Positions 1 through 14,600 of a stretch of DNA of 64,000 nucleotides are shown here, one piece after another. Under the pieces are notes generated by a model that saw nothing but the letters and a program-made list of their open reading frames with translations, searched no databases and was not told where the DNA came from. Numbering within the stretch: position 1 is the first letter of the stretch; every line of letters starts with the position of its first letter. The stretch comes from Eledone cirrhosa (lineage: Eukaryota). The stretch is taken from contig OZ024741.1 of assembly GCA_964016885.1 (NCBI GenBank), positions 347,262,001 to 347,326,000 on the forward strand, in the 5' to 3' direction. The position numbers and the translations under genes are program-made.

Positions 1-845
1 TTCATTTGGTGTTTGTTGGTAATATTGGGTTGTATGTTTGAAGTATTATTGGTGCAAGGTATATAGACTAATTTGTTTTTGTGGCCGCTTCTAGCTAAAG
101 CTTCGTTATAAAAGGGCGCGTTTTTATCGAATACATCCTGGTTAGATGAAAGGTTAGAGATTCTGAGTGAGATATTATATGCTAGGTTTTTAAGGATAGA
201 TCTAGGGTGATTGGTTTGTGAGTGTATGTAATGTAAGTTATGGTTAGGTTTATGGTAAGGTTGGTAGATGCCCGTAGATATGTCTAAAGTTATATCTAAG
301 AAATTGACTATTTTACTGGCGTTTTCAAATGTAATAGTGAGATTGTAATAGTCTTTGAGGAAAGTTCTAATAATTTTTTATTTTTTTCAATTTCTGATAG
401 GCTAAGATTAGTGGAAAGAAGAAGACAGTCATCACGAGATAAACCACCTTTAAGGTGGGGAAAGGATGAATTAATGTTAAATAGAAGAAAGAGGCCCACA
501 AGATCGGTAATTTGGGCGGAATCACTAGAGCCCATAGTAATGTCGAAGAGATTACTATATGTATTTCTGGTCCAGTATTCCTTCTGAAATTCCAGTAGTG
601 TTTTTTTAGCGTGCGTGATAATATTAATGTCATCCATAGTTAAGTTCGATCTATTTTTGGCAAATATCAAGGCTTTGTTCAGGAGTATGGGTGATACAGA
701 GGAATAATAAGCATCTATATCAAATTGTAGAAATGAAGCAGATGATTTATTTCTAATATTAGTAAACCAGTTAATTACCTGGGATGTGTTTTCCCAGAGT
801 GGTAAATTAACGTGTTTTCTTAATTGTGGGATGATTCTATCTATC
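1..845 (-). mobile_element. Penelope-like element (Naiad-type) reverse transcriptase fragment, degenerate
   Basis: ORF 308-874 reads FLQFDIDAYYSSV...FDITMGSSDSAQITDLVGLFLL...GLSRDDCL (PLE RT motifs; cf. GLYRDDG). The RT continues in a shifted frame toward base 1 (thumb region). The 5' end is truncated at the (TA)n at ~845. Confidence 0.85.
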
Positions 846-847
846 TC

Positions 848-880
848 TATATATATATATATATATACGCACACACACAG

Positions 881-978
<98 letters not shown>

Positions 979-989
979 AGGGAGGGAGG

Positions 990-1058
<69 letters not shown>
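848..1058. repeat. Compound (TA)n/(CA)n/(GA)n microsatellite
   Basis: Directly visible; explains the RERE/SLSL ORFs. Confidence 0.95.
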
Positions 1059-1060
<2 letters not shown>

Positions 1061-1684
1061 GAAAACAAAAATGCATCTTAATTCTATATTAGCTTATTTT
1101 AAAACCATCTGGTTTAATGATTAGAACTGTAAATAATTAGTACAATATATCGGTAGAACTATATACAGAATATAATAAAATAATTTGTTTGTGTATATAT
1201 ATATATGAGTGCGTGGCAGCGGAAAGAAGAAGAAATCAATTTTGTAGGATTAAAGCAGGAATCAAAAGTATAGAGAAAGCTACGATTTGAACAGTGAAAG
1301 AAGCAAATCAAAATAAAAAAAAACATCGATAGTGTATAAGTGATGACATAGATCTTAATTAGATAAGCAGAAATATACATAGAAAAATTAGATGGAGATG
1401 AAAAATGATAAAAAAATAACATCTAGGAGATAACGAATGGAAAGTAGATGAATTTAAAATATTATGCCAAGTGTTCTATTAAATCATAAATAATAGGAAA
1501 ATAAGATTTTAAACTGATGAATGATGGGGCAAAAAACGAAACATGCACAAATGAAAGAAAGTAACGAGAAATTCGGACGTTGCTTTATCATAGAAACATT
1601 ACAAACCTGATATTAAGTAAAAAAAATATAAAATTGAAATAATACGAAAGTTTTAAAAAGTAGCACTAGAAGAAGAAAAAATGT

Positions 1685-1852
1685 CTTCTTCTCCTTCTTC
1701 TTGGTATTATTGTTATTATTATTACTACTACTACTAGTAATTGGTGGTGGTGCTGGTGCTGATTATGCTGTTGGTGATGGTGTCGGTGGTGCTGGTAGTG
1801 ATGATGCTGGTCGTTTTTGTGTTATTTGTAGTAGTAGTAGTAGTAGTAGCAT

Positions 1853-1917
<65 letters not shown>

Positions 1918-1932
1918 ATAGTTGTTGTTGTT
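1685..1932. repeat. Compound trinucleotide repeat tract (TTA/CTA/TGG/TAG/CAG)
   Basis: Directly visible low-complexity triplet runs. Confidence 0.9.
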
Positions 1933-2443
1933 TTAGATGCAATATAATTACTCGTTGGAGAGTAACGAGAGATGCAAATAAATAAAAACTGCAAACGTAT
2001 AAAACCCAATGTAGAGCGTACGGTGTAATTGTGTTTCAAAAAACAAGAGTGATTTATCTTATTTTCAAATAAGAGAAAGATTTGTGTTAGAAAATCAAAA
2101 AGTAGCTGAGAAAATTTGAATAGAAAAAAAAACTAGGAACAATTTATTAAGAAATAGAAAAGATTAAGAAAATGGATTCGTTTCTAGATTGGATTTTCTA
2201 AGACAGACAGTGACTGTGTATAATATTTTTAGTTGTATAATTTCAATACAAGCGGATATTAAGTCTGTCGAAATTGTATAAAAGTTACAACGAAAAGTTC
2301 ACGTTTCTCTCTCTCTATGTGCGTTTGACACATCGACCAAATTCCACGTTCTTAATAATTGCAAATGTGTGACAGTGAGTGTATGAGTGCATGTCGAGTT
2401 TTGCCGATATCTCATCAAATGTAATACAAATTTCAGAAAAAAT

Positions 2444-2500
<57 letters not shown>

Positions 2501-2511
2501 CGTGTGGGTTA

Positions 2512-2599
<88 letters not shown>

Positions 2600-3145
2600 G
2601 CATAGAGAGAGAACGACATTCTTTGTAGAAATATACTTTGAAGAATCACACATTAATTAACTAAGTTCTTAATACGCTTGACCATAGAATTAAATATGCT
2701 CTACACATGGAACTCACATATGAACAATAGATCAGAGCTTACATGGAGCAAATTGGCTTTCATGGCTCCTCCTTACATGCGCAATCGAAACACTTGGACC
2801 AGTTAAGGAAGAACACATCGTTCATTTTTGTTTTGTATCGTTTTTCGTTTGCTTTGTTGCATTTGAAAAAAAGGGTCATAACCCTGAAATATTATTTTGA
2901 AATAGGATACCTTTACTTTGATTTGCATTGTTTCTTATTCATTACGGGGTCGATAAAATAAAGTACCAGTAATGCACTTGATATTCCTGGCCTTGTGCCA
3001 AAAGTAGAAACAATTATTTGGGCTTTATATATTACTACCGCAATTCATTGGCTTTCATTACATATCTCTCAATGATTCATATTATATATACTAAATATAT
3101 TTTAGTTATATTGTGTGCAATGAATATACACTTTTATAAGCATAA

Positions 3146-3338
3146 TAACTGTTTCTACTTTTGGCACAAGGCCAGCAATTATTCCAGTGTATTACTGGTA
3201 CTTTATTTTATCGACCCCGTAAGGATGAAAGGCAAAGTTAACCTCGGCGGGATTTGAACTCAGACCATAAAGACCGTACTTCTTTGTTGCAAAGCATGGG
3301 GTCCGACCCTCTACCGATACTGCCAATCCACCGCCCTA
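3146..3338 (-). mobile_element. tRNA-derived SINE (family A), near full length
   Basis: Minus strand reads gggcggtggattggcagt...gagttcaaatcccgccgaggttaactttgcctttcatcct...ggggtcgataaaataaagtaccagt...ggccttgtgccaaaagtagaaac, with A/B-box-like head. Homologous copies at 2944-3015, 18236-18312, 18866-18967, 38873-38981, 43427-43650, 49851-50045 and 55670-55712. Confidence 0.85.
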
Positions 3339-4074
3339 TAAGCATAATAATGAACATTTGATTTCCATCTTTTTGCAGGTAATTAGAATTTGCTATTGAT
3401 GGTTTCTGTTTGTCAATTTCCATTATAACTGGCCGTTGCATGAAGCTGATTTTCTCATTGAACTAAAAGTATTCCTATATTTGACATGTCCTGATGTCAG
3501 TAGTGCTTCTTGTTATTGACCTATATTTGTGTTTACGCGGTGCTAGAGCAGTCATCATAATAGTATCAAACATAATTCACTTCAATATAAGAAAAACAGA
3601 CATTCGTTACATTTAAATAAAGCTCATAGGCTGTTTCATGATTTCCATCGCTCAAATTAAACTAACATAGTAAGCAACAACTAAAGATAAAATCAACAAA
3701 ATAAAATTTTGGGGGTAATAATAAAAAGAAGAAGAAAGCCTGATGAGAAAATGTCGAATTGTTTTTATGCTTTCCTTCAAGAAATTACAGATTATTCTCC
3801 TGTGCCTGAAAGCTAGAGTCATATGAAAAAAGAATAGAAAAAAAAATGAAACAGGGTTTAACCTGTTCAATTTTCTTGGGAGGAATGAATTAGATGTGTT
3901 GATGTATGAGAAAATAGTGATTTGCATTCCTACCACATAATCTTGTTAGAATCCTCTGGAGCTTCCATATTTGAATCAAATACTATCTGACAAGCATTGT
4001 TTGATATTTAGAGCGGAGAAGAGCAATCATGTGCACAAACTGTCATATGTAGATAAAGAAAAAATGTATATAGC

Positions 4075-4108
<34 letters not shown>

Positions 4109-4844
4109 GGCACACACGCACATGCACACACAAGCACACACGCACATGCACACACAAGCACACACGCACATGCACACACACACACATACACACACAGGCA
4201 CACACACAGAGGCACACCTACACACACACGCGCGCACACACATACACGCACGCGCGTATACACACACACACACACACACACACAACACACATATATATAT
4301 ACACTGAGAGATATATAGAAAGAGAATGAGACTGTAACAAGGAAATATATATTGTTTATTTATAAAGCATAGGCATAGGATTGACACACTCAGGTGATGC
4401 GGAAAGACAGTTTTTCAAGTTGAAGAGAGATATATACACATATCTATATCATGGCTTAGCATTTCAAGAGTATTGATTTGATATCGTAAATCATAAATAT
4501 TTTGTTCTGTTAGTGACGTAAAACTTGACAAATGAGTCAGCTTCTGTGCTTATAATCTTGAGACATTGATCACCATCTACATTTTATACAAATATATATA
4601 AATATATTCATAGGCAACGTTGAAAATCTCGAATGCTATAAAAATATGTACCTACAATCGATTGCTATAAATAATAGCCAAATCGCCCTTGAGACGAAAA
4701 AGTGGCCAAAACCTGCTTCAGAGTACCGATCTCTATACCTCTCATATTGCGGATGTGCTCTCTGTTCAATTGAGATAAATGACTTCTAACGAGAACGCCA
4801 CACTAAAGTGAAGCTTTAAATTTAACAACGTTTATAATCAAGAA

Positions 4845-4945
4845 AGTTCGTTTAGCTCAATGGTATAGAGCACTCAGCCGGAAATTGAGATAGAAAGTTC
4901 GATTCACTGTATCGGCTGTTGACCAATGTATCCCACTATAGGGGT
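4845..4945 (+). mobile_element. Degenerate tRNA-like / SINE head
   Basis: tagctcaatggtatagagca (A box/D arm) and gttcgattc (B box) are present, but the acceptor and T stems do not pair. Confidence 0.45.
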
Positions 4946-5117
4946 TTGTTACACGATTTTAATAGCTACTAATAATAGGATCTGACAGTAATTACAATTA
5001 TTTCTACCTTCGAGATTTTCTACATCTCCTATGAATTTCCTCTCCTCCAAAGCTCCAACATAATTTTTACACATACACACACAAGTACACACATATACAC
5101 GTACCACACACACACAG

Positions 5118-5167
<50 letters not shown>

Positions 5168-5353
5168 GCATATATATATATGTGTGTGTGTGTGTGTTAA
5201 GTAATTCCGAGGAAAAAGCAAGGAAAAAAAGAGTGCCCTATGTATAGAACAGAGCTATTTAATTAAAAAGTGAACAACACAATATAGAACTACTCCTTTA
5301 TCAAAGATTTCTAGATCCTAGACGATATTAATATATATTAATATATATTTATA

Positions 5354-5399
<46 letters not shown>

Positions 5400-5401
<2 letters not shown>

Positions 5402-6130
5402 CGGCGGACAACAGACCCATCTCCGACAGAAAACTTTCCCCCTCGGAAAACCCCCCAGTTAATGGATGCGAAATCCAAAAATCTCTCCCAATGTAACTCT
5501 ATGTCGTGTTATTATTTTAATTTTTTACTTTCATTCCTACGTTCCTCTACACACTATACATCTCATTTTACATTTCCTCTCGCATCTCTCTCTTTACCAC
5601 CGGATTCGGTTATCCCGAGATTTACCCATCTGCATTGTTGAGGCTTCCAAAACGACCACATTTCTCAATCTTGGCGCAAAACCAATTTTTTATTCACATG
5701 ACCTCTACCGACCAATCAAAATTATTTTGGCCACAAGAATTTTTGCAAACACCAAATAGAGCTGGAGCCACTTTTTTAACATAAAAACAGTCTTGGCGCA
5801 AAATCTATTTTTTACATTCACATGACCTCTACCGACCAATCAAAATTGTTTTGACCACAAGAATTTTTGCAACACCAAAGTAACGCCGGAGCCACTTTTT
5901 TAACATAAAAACAGGTAGAATTCCCAAAACTAATCAGATCAGACCAAACAACACGGACACTCTATCTCAAAATTATTTTTGAAAAGCATTTAGAAATGCG
6001 CAACCGGTAAAAACCTAAAAACTTAAAACCACAACTGAATACTAACCCTTACAATCACTAATACTCTTTTATTCCTAATTAAACCATTTTTCAACTGTGA
6101 ACAATTTGTCAGCATTTTCTATTCCGTTTA

Positions 6131-6135
<5 letters not shown>
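5400..6135 (+). mobile_element. PLE pseudo-LTR-like remnant with ~125-bp tandem duplication and degenerate HHR
   Basis: 5670-5790 is repeated at 5791-5912. It shares motifs (ttcac[a/g]tgac, accaatcaaa, tcaga..gaccaa..tctcaa..ttgaaaagca..accggtaaa) with the 52760-53745 repeat and is flanked by (TA)n on both sides. Confidence 0.6.
5976..6013 (+). ncRNA. Degenerate minimal type I hammerhead (UUGAAAA core, GAAA mutated to GCAA)
   Basis: ttt-TTGAAAA-gcattt/a/gaaatgc-GCAAC-cg-GTA-aaa; same architecture as 53633-53670. Confidence 0.55.
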
Positions 6136-6189
<54 letters not shown>

Positions 6190-6329
6190 CATGTGTGCGT
6201 GCCTATGTTTGTGTATGTATAGATCGATATCCACTACTAGAAACGGAAATGTTTACGATGAATATGTTATTGTAACACATAAAATAACGGACTAAATAGA
6301 AAGATTAGAACAGCTGTTTCCATTATCCC

Positions 6330-8031
6330 CAATCTTATGTTTCCTGCCTTTTCTCAAGCCTCCTGGCCACCACATAGATGCACCAACCTCTGTTCTTGCT
6401 CTTTATACGACATATCGTTGGCCGACACCCACATTGTGACATCTTATCGCGATGAGGGTCTCAAAAGATATGAAATCTTCAATGAAATTGGCGCCTGCAT
6501 AAGCTTTCAACATGAGCACGAAGGTTTCGTGTTATCACTCACACTTATTGGTTTCTTTCTACGAATCATAGAGAAATTGTCTATATACAATAACATATAC
6601 AGGTATTGGCTGCAGAAACATAATGGAGCCCTAAAATCCTGCCCTACACTGCTGAGGCAAAAAGGGGATACACAACAGATACAGCTAGACTAGTGACAAC
6701 AACTCCAGTACGAAGATGCACACTGTAGAGTGAACTGCACATGCTTACTTGAGAGAATGAGTATCACAATTTCCGTAGCACAGATATTCATTCCAGCCAT
6801 GCAGCATTTGGTACGAAACGTATCTGTTGCAAGTCGGAGATCACCTTCTGTCGAGTTAAGTAACACCTCTGAAAATTCCAGCCGGGGGATTTTAAACCCT
6901 CCAGTCATGATAGGACTTCCACCGGGCTATTCATGTCAATCCTGTTCATGTATAATAACAAGCAGGAGATATGACTGTACGCACACTTGTGGCGTCGGAC
7001 TCTCATATTGAATGTTTCGATTTAGCACCATTTATCACTAAACAAATACTTGGGTATCCATGTAGAGAGATCAATGCAGTAAGAAATTGACCATCGATCC
7101 CGTATAAATGATCTCAAGACGGATTACAGCCTAGTCGCAAAGTCCTCCCATATCTTAACTTTACAGGTAAGAAGAAGGCACTGGCATTGGGGTCGGATGC
7201 TACCGGCTAGATATGGTCGGTGTTTCCTCAAGGTCCGTGGCTGTGATATTGTAGATATGGATGGATGATAGAAATTCCACTATTTCGGTGTGGCGCCAGA
7301 ACTGACTGCTCAGGCGGAAGTGGTTATACATACAAGCTCCCAGATTTCAGAATCTGTAATTGACTGGATCTCATTACGAGAGGGAATAGGCATCTTGAGG
7401 CGTAGGCTCAAGGTTAGATCACTGTGGGCGGTACGATTCTATGCACCAACCAAGGAGACCAAATACAGGTCTTTGGATGTAGTTAAAACAGTTATATTTC
7501 CTGATAGGAGACTTCAATGAACATGTTGGCACTGACGCATGACATGAAAAGGAGTGATTGGAAGGAATGGTGACCCCGATCTGAATGCGAATGAAGGGCC
7601 TTGCTAGGCTTCTGGTCTAGCAATGGCCAATCTATTAATGACATCTTCCAGCGCAAAGGGATCTGTAAATATACAATGTATAAGAGGAATAAGGGACAGA
7701 GACAAATAATTTATTTTGCTATTGTCTCTGATGTTTGATTCTGTGTTGGGTGTTAGTGTTAATTGAACGGGTGAGTTGATAACTAATCACCTTCTAGTTA
7801 TCTACAACTCGAGTACCTAAAGCAAAAGAAAACTTAAACCTGGCAGGTCTACGGAGACCTTGATGAAAAAGTGGGCAGCATTGGTCGACAAGGAAGACTA
7901 CAACATTGAAATAGCAGAAAATAGTTGAGGTGAAAATATTGTTTTCTTTGTCATTTTCATTTTACTTTAAAACTGCATCTTTACATTTTCTATTTGCGTT
8001 GTTCCGGCGTACACATAATTTATTCATCATA

Positions 8032-8087
<56 letters not shown>

Positions 8088-8690
8088 AGGTCACCAGTTA
8101 GTGCTACTGGTAACATGTATCCCAGTACAACCTGTCCCATGGTCGGGTCGTTGGCGACTAAATTGGCAACCCTACCAAGGTTTCTTGGTGAAGAGGGTGA
8201 CTTTGGACATCCTGCAGGACTAAAAACAAAACCTGTCAAAGGGCAAAGGAGCTCTTAAGAGACAATGGCCATCCCAAATCACCGGGAGAGATGACCCCTT
8301 AGCCTTTGTCAAGGCAGAATTCAAGGAGAGGAAAACTCTGATATAACACATGCAACCCTGATGGTATCCAATGATCTTGACTTGTTCTTCTTTTTGGTAA
8401 ATATCATCTTGGTTAAGAGAGTAGGACTGGCTTTGTGCAGTGCCTTTGCTCACTATAAAAGCTTCACGGCACAGGCATTGCTTTATATCTGGAGATCTCT
8501 CTGCACTTGTCATCACATTGTACCATGGGTCCAGCACTATGTGTCAATAATTGTCACAAGTGTAGTGTTTGTACCAGAGTTTTCAAGTCGCTGGCTGGAC
8601 TAAAAATCACACTCGTTCAGCGCTTCGGTAGGAGTTCTCCTACATGGATATAAAGTAGTGGCTGTACTCGAAAATGCGTTGGCAGCCTCC
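6330..8690 (-). mobile_element. Highly degenerate non-LTR retrotransposon remnant(s)
   Basis: Higher-GC segments. Minus-strand frames give fragments such as PW..CDDKCREISRYK resembling the LINE ORF2 linker; no intact ORF. Confidence 0.35.
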
Positions 8691-8734
<44 letters not shown>

Positions 8735-9379
8735 ATATATTTATTCATCATATATATATATATATATTTGTTTAAGCCTGAGTGTTCGTCGGTGTGTAAT
8801 TTTAATATAACTGTAGCCTATTATAGTATACCAGGAGATTTATAGCATAACCTCTCTAATTAATTAAATTTTGACTTTAGACTCTTTGTTGCTTGGGGGG
8901 AAATATTCTTAATTCGGTTGTTTTGAAAGTCTTTGTTTTAAATGGTGAAAATATATAAATTATGGATAATAACTAGCCTTAGGTTGAATGGTAGTATAAA
9001 AAAAAATTTAATTTACCACAAATAATCAGTCATGCAGCTAAACTATACATAAATATGTAGGGAGAGAGAAAGAAAGATAGAAAGACGGATGAAAAAAAAG
9101 CAGATAGTTAGAGAGAGTGACAGAGAGCGAGAGAGATAGATAGATAGATAGATAGATAGATATATTTCTTTATTTACCATAAAGGCATAAAAAGAAGGGA
9201 CAAATACAAAGGGGGAGTTTACATATAACCGAGTAAAAAGGGTGTAACATGAAAATAATCGAAAATAACCTCAAAAGGGAGGGGACGTGATGAGGGTTGC
9301 ACACCCCCCCGAAAAAGTGTGCAATCCTTTGCCCGGGGAGCACATGGAGAAGGTGCTCCCCTCTCCTTTACTTCTTTAC

Positions 9380-12300
9380 CTACAGGATGGTATACAGAGA
9401 AGGCCCACTTACACGAGCCATTCTCGCCACTATCACCCACCTTTCATAAAACTGCCTGTGGCCAAGCACCTCTCTCTCCATTCTTATCCTTCTTCCGAAG
9501 TGATATCGGAAGAAGTAGACCAGACTATGGCCAGAGAGGAAGTTGCCTGACCTCAGACCTTTCAATCGTGTCCACCAAACAACCTCTTTCAACATGGCTA
9601 TTACGCACAGAAAAACCGCCTTTGCTTCCTTTGTGAAGAGGGGAGGCGGTTTGATTGTCATCACGGACTCGGCGGTCAATTTAATCGGCGCCACCCGCGA
9701 CAGCAGTCGTTCGGCGTAGCCCCACAGATCAGCCACGCCCGGACATTGCACCAATGCGTGCGCAACGGTTTCTTCGTGACGCGACGCATCTAGGGCAAAT
9801 CTGTTTTGAGGGATCCCTGCCCGGGCGCCCGTGTCTGTAGAGCCTCTCTCGAACGGGTAGAGCCCCCCTGTAGCACTGCCAGGCCAGTGACTTCTGGAAG
9901 TTGTCCATTGGTCCTGGGCCGAAAGTCCTACCGAACAGGCTGGCCAGTTCGTCTTCTTCCATGTCCAGCGACTCTCCAAGGGTGTCATCGCCCCTGCTAG
10001 CCACCAGCCCTCTATAGAATGATGAGGTGGATTCTCCACCGATGGCCTGGCCCGCTTGCCAGAGAGCCCTGAGCGCCTGAGCACACTCAGTGTGCCAGTC
10101 TCCCAGTTTTCCGGATCTTTGCTTGACCCAGGACTGTAGCTCGGTGAGCGAGACGAGTCTCGGAAAGGCTCGTTTCACGAACGGAGCCCACACCGGTTGA
10201 CCAGTGAGGAATACCTGTAGGTGCCGTAGCCTTAATGCGTGCCTACGCATCATCAACCACGGCATCCCCAGCCCCCCTTTCGAAGGTTGTTGGCAGCAGA
10301 TGGATCTTCTCACCATAGGAGGGCGCTTCTTCCAAAGAAATTGGAAGAGCATGCGTTCCATGGTGGTGAGTGTTTCCTTAGGGCAAGGCACGACAGTCAG
10401 GCGGTAGTAAGTGACGGACGCTATGTAAATGTTCGCCACCTCTGCCCGGCCTTTTAGGGACAGCTTACACTTGGCCCATTTCTGGGTTAGTGCAAACACC
10501 TTGTTCGTAACCTCGTTCCAGTTCTTTTCCACCTGGAGGTCCGGTCCAAACCAGACCCCAAGCAACTTTACCGGGCCCTCCGTCCAGTGTCCGACGACAC
10601 CGTCAGGAGGCATCGGTCTGCCTCTCCACGTTCCGAGTTGCAGCCCGATGGATTTTTCCCGGTTCAGTTTCGCTCCTGACAACCTTTCGTACTCCTCCGG
10701 TAAGGTACCGATCGCCTCGATCTCCGAGTCGGTCGATTCCATTACTGTTACGTCATCGCCGTAGGCCGACACCGCTTTGCTCAATCCTGGTTCCAGCGGG
10801 ATACCCTGCAACAACTCCAACTTCCTCAGTAAAGGCTCGAGAGTCAATACGTACAGAAGGGAGGAGAGAGGGCCCCCCTGTCGAATGGATCGTGTGATTT
10901 CGAACGGCTTCGAAAGGTAGCCGTTCACCTTGATCCTAGAACAGATGTGGTTGCTATGTAAGGCAGTGATCCAGCCTCTGAAAACAGGACCGAACCCAGC
11001 CGCCCCTAGCACCGCATCCAGGTAACCATGGTCGACCCTATCGAAGGCCTTAGACTGATCCAAATTGATCAGGGCCCCACCGAAGCCGGGTTTGTTGCCA
11101 ACCCTCTCTATGATGTATCGCATGAGGTGGAGGTTATCGTGAATGGACCTGGATGGGATAGCACATGTTTGCGCATCTCCCACCAGGCCACCCACGACAA
11201 GCGCCAACCTCTTTGCTAACACCTTGGCCAAAATCTGTAACTCTGTGTTTAGCAGGGTTATGGGCCGAAAATTATTCATACTATCTCCCTTGTTCTCGTC
11301 CTTCCTCACCAGCGTGACTACGCCCTTGGCTACAGAACAAGGAATTCTCCCGTTCTGCTGCCAATTGCAGTAGACCGCTTCGAGGAGTTCGGAGAAGAAG
11401 ACCGGCATTGCTAAATAAAGTTCGTAAGGTATACCAACGAGACCTGGAGATTTGCGTCTGCTGCATTGGCTCAGCGCATCTCCGATCTCATCAGCCGAGA
11501 TTGGTCCCTCGCAGGACTCTGCCTCTTCGCTCGAGAGACGCGGCAGGCCGTCGAGGTATGGACCGAAATCTACGCCCCCGCCCGGACCCCCGCCTCCCCC
11601 GAACAATCGGGCAAAGTGCCTTTGAAAGGCCTCGCACATCTGCTTAGGCTCCCGGATCACCCGTCCATCTTCGTCTTGCAGCGACCGGATGGTGGATCGA
11701 TTTCCACTCTTAGCTTCTGTCACGCGGGCCCAGCCAACGGTTTTGGCCCCCTCATTACCTAGAGCACGTATTTTACTTCGAATGACGCAGCCTTCGTGCT
11801 TTGCATCGAAAAACTGGTTCAAGGCCGTCCTCGATGCCAGCACTCTGGCCACATCTTCGCTCTTGATTGCCTCTTCTAATTTACCTGTTAATTCTTTCTC
11901 GTTTCTATTCCTATCGGCAGCTAACATCTTGCTATAACTTATTGATTCTGTTCTAATCTCTCTTTTGAGAGATGCCCACCATCGGTTGTTGACGATTGCA
12001 CCCGTCAACCTCTCCTTAACTAATCTGCTAATCCGGTTTCTGTAAGATCTTTTGCCGGTAAAGACAAATTAAGTTTCCAGTTACCGGGACCCTGTCTATG
12101 TGTTTTCTCGAGATTGACTACGCAGGTCACTAATTTGTGATCCGCGTAGCCAACCGTGCGCATTTCTGGACAGCTTAATATGTCCCTATCCTTACTTCTA
12201 ACTAAGAATCTATCTAAGTACGATCTAGATTGACCACTGTGGTTTCTCCAAGTCCAGGTAGGCACAGTTGGAAAATCTAGTCGATATCTATCGACCAAGT

Positions 12301-12817
12301 TAAAACGGTCGAGTAACCCCTTGAGGCTGTTACACCCCCCTCTATTAGGACATGCTCCTGCATAGTCCCAACGTGCATCTAGGATGTCATTCCAATCCCC
12401 CGCTAGAAGCAGGGAACGCGACGTTCCCAGAAAAGACTTCAAACGCTGGAAGAAGTCGGGCCGTTCAGGTCCGAAAGGGGAGTAGACGGCGACCAGTCTC
12501 AAGGCCGCACTTTCACTACTGCCAACGTCTAGCACCAACAAACGACCCTCCTGGTCCGAGTGCACAACCTGTACGGCAAGACCCAGGTGTTTTTGCAGCA
12601 GTACGACAACCCCACCCCCACCTCCAGGTTGACAGAGAGATGCATGCACCTCAAAGTCATCGAAGCTGGGGGCCAGCTGCCGCACGACGCTGATTCGAGT
12701 CTCACAGATAACCATTACATTTATACTACATGACCTGAGGTCATTTAGAAGCTTTGCTTGCTTCCAAGTTGAGCCCAGGCTACGTGCATTCAAACATCCT
12801 ACTCTTAACACATCCAT
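9380..12817 (-). pseudogene. Tx1 ORF2: APE endonuclease + reverse transcriptase + Cys-rich C-terminus, two frameshifts
   Basis: APE: GCLNARSL, ICET, AGDWN, SYLDRFLV, ADHKLV (12020-12817). RT: FRPITLLNTE, LDQSKAFDRV, RQGGPLS, AYGDDV (9729-12008). C-terminus: ICPRC...ETVAHALVQC (split by frameshift). Confidence 0.93.
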
Positions 12818-12850
12818 GTGGGCGGCAGAACCAAAGGAGAGTATAGAGAC

Positions 12851-14600
12851 CTACCTTTCCGCTTCCCGGGGTTCGGGTTGCACGACTTCCTTGGGGTCGG
12901 GGGTGTTGGGTGAAGGGGTGTCTTGTGGTGGTGTGGGGTCGTCAGTGTGTGGTGGGGTTGGGGTGTTTGGAGTTGTGTTGGGGAGGGGAAGGGGAGGGGG
13001 AAATATTTTTAGTAGGACGCGGTTTATGGGTTTGACAGAGGGTGCCCCTACGTCCTCCTTAAAATCCTTTTTTAGTTTTTGGTAGAGGTTCATTGGGATC
13101 TTTATTAATTTTAAATGTGGGTAGTTTTCTGAAGAAACAAAGTTTACACCTTCGGTTTGTACCGAAGGATTATTGTATATGAGTTCATTTAATTTATTAT
13201 TGTTTCTGTTGATGTAAGTATAGTGTAATGTCTTTTTTTCGGATGGTGTGAGTGTTTCGAAGAGGGGAGGGGCAGGTTTGGTTTTGTTTGTTGCTGGAGA
13301 GGTGTTTTCTGTTTTGTTGGATTGTGTTGAGATTTGGGTGGGGGTTGTTTGGCCTTGTGTGTTTTGCACATGTTTTATTTTTTTCCTTTTAATCTGTCTG
13401 AAGGACTCCGTTTCTTCCTCCGAATTCGTTGGGTTATCTTCAGTGTTGGAGGGAAGAGGTATGTTTGCTGGTAATGTTTCCGTGTTGGTTTTCTTTGTGG
13501 GGGAGATGGATGTCACTATGTTAGACTGTGTTTGTGTGTTGTGTCTGCGGTGGTTGTGTTGTTTTTTTGAGTGAGAGGTTGGGTGTGCCTGTATTTTGTT
13601 TTGGGGTAATGTGTTGTGACTGGTTGTGTTGTGGTGGTGGTGTGGTTTTACTGAGGGACGGGTTGGGTGGGACTGAGTTTTGTTGTTTGTTTATCTGTTG
13701 TGGTGCTGGTGGTGGAGCTGGTGTTGGTAGCAGGGTTTTCTTTTTGTTGAGTTGGGGACAAGCGGCCTTCAGGTTCCCTCTGCCTGCACAGATATGGCAG
13801 GACGGCCTTCTCCCCTCCACGCTAATGTTTATATACCCGTGGTCCTCTAATAGGATTCTGTCGGGTATTTGGGCGATGCGTTCAGGCTTCATTTGCACTA
13901 CCAGCTCTATACCTGTTCCACTGAACGCATTGCCTGTGGTTTTCCCAATGGAAATCACGTTGTCATTCACTGGATCGATGAAGCCAGCTATGAGCCAGCA
14001 GTAGTCCACATCTGGCATCATTGCATCCAGCCATATGCGTTGAGTTCTTTTACCCATATAAGATGGATAAAAGGTAAAATTTTTCGAATGAATCGGTGAC
14101 AAAGCACATTTTTTTGCCGCCGATTCGTTCTTCATGATAATTGCTAGGCTTCCATACAGTCTGTCTTTTCTTATGAAAGTGGTTTCATTAAGTACTTCTG
14201 TGAGTACTGTTTTGATATCTGCTTGAGAAGGCTGTTCAGGTTTTTTTGTACTGTTGTTGATGGTCCGAAACTTGACCGTTCGGCTTTCAATGTCTTTGGT
14301 GAATTCTTGAGGCATTTTTACCGATAAAATACCATTCTCTCCTTCACTTATGTATTGTTTGGCGTCTGTGATCCTTCGTGCCACATCTGAAATATTTTCC
14401 GCTATATAAGTCAAAGATTTCTTTGTTTTCTGTGTAAATGAAATCTTGTCGTCTGCTTTGCTTTCTGTTATGGTGTTATTTTCAAATGTTATTTTTGTGT
14501 TTGTTGTGTCTTTGTTTGTGTTATTAGTATTGTCATGCAATTTTTCAAATTTTTTTTTTTTCGTTGTTGGAATCCATGTCCAGATTTGTGTTTTCGTCAT
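12851..14600 (-). pseudogene. Tx1 ORF1 (gag-like nucleic-acid-binding protein), frameshifted near 13520
   Basis: 359-aa and 221-aa ORFs; EGRRPSCHICAGRGNLKAACP degenerate CCHC knuckle followed by Pro/Thr/Gln-rich tail, typical of Tx1 ORF1. Confidence 0.8.

Noticed and set aside
4845-4920. Functional tRNA gene
   Set aside because: Acceptor and T stems do not pair; better explained as a decayed SINE head.
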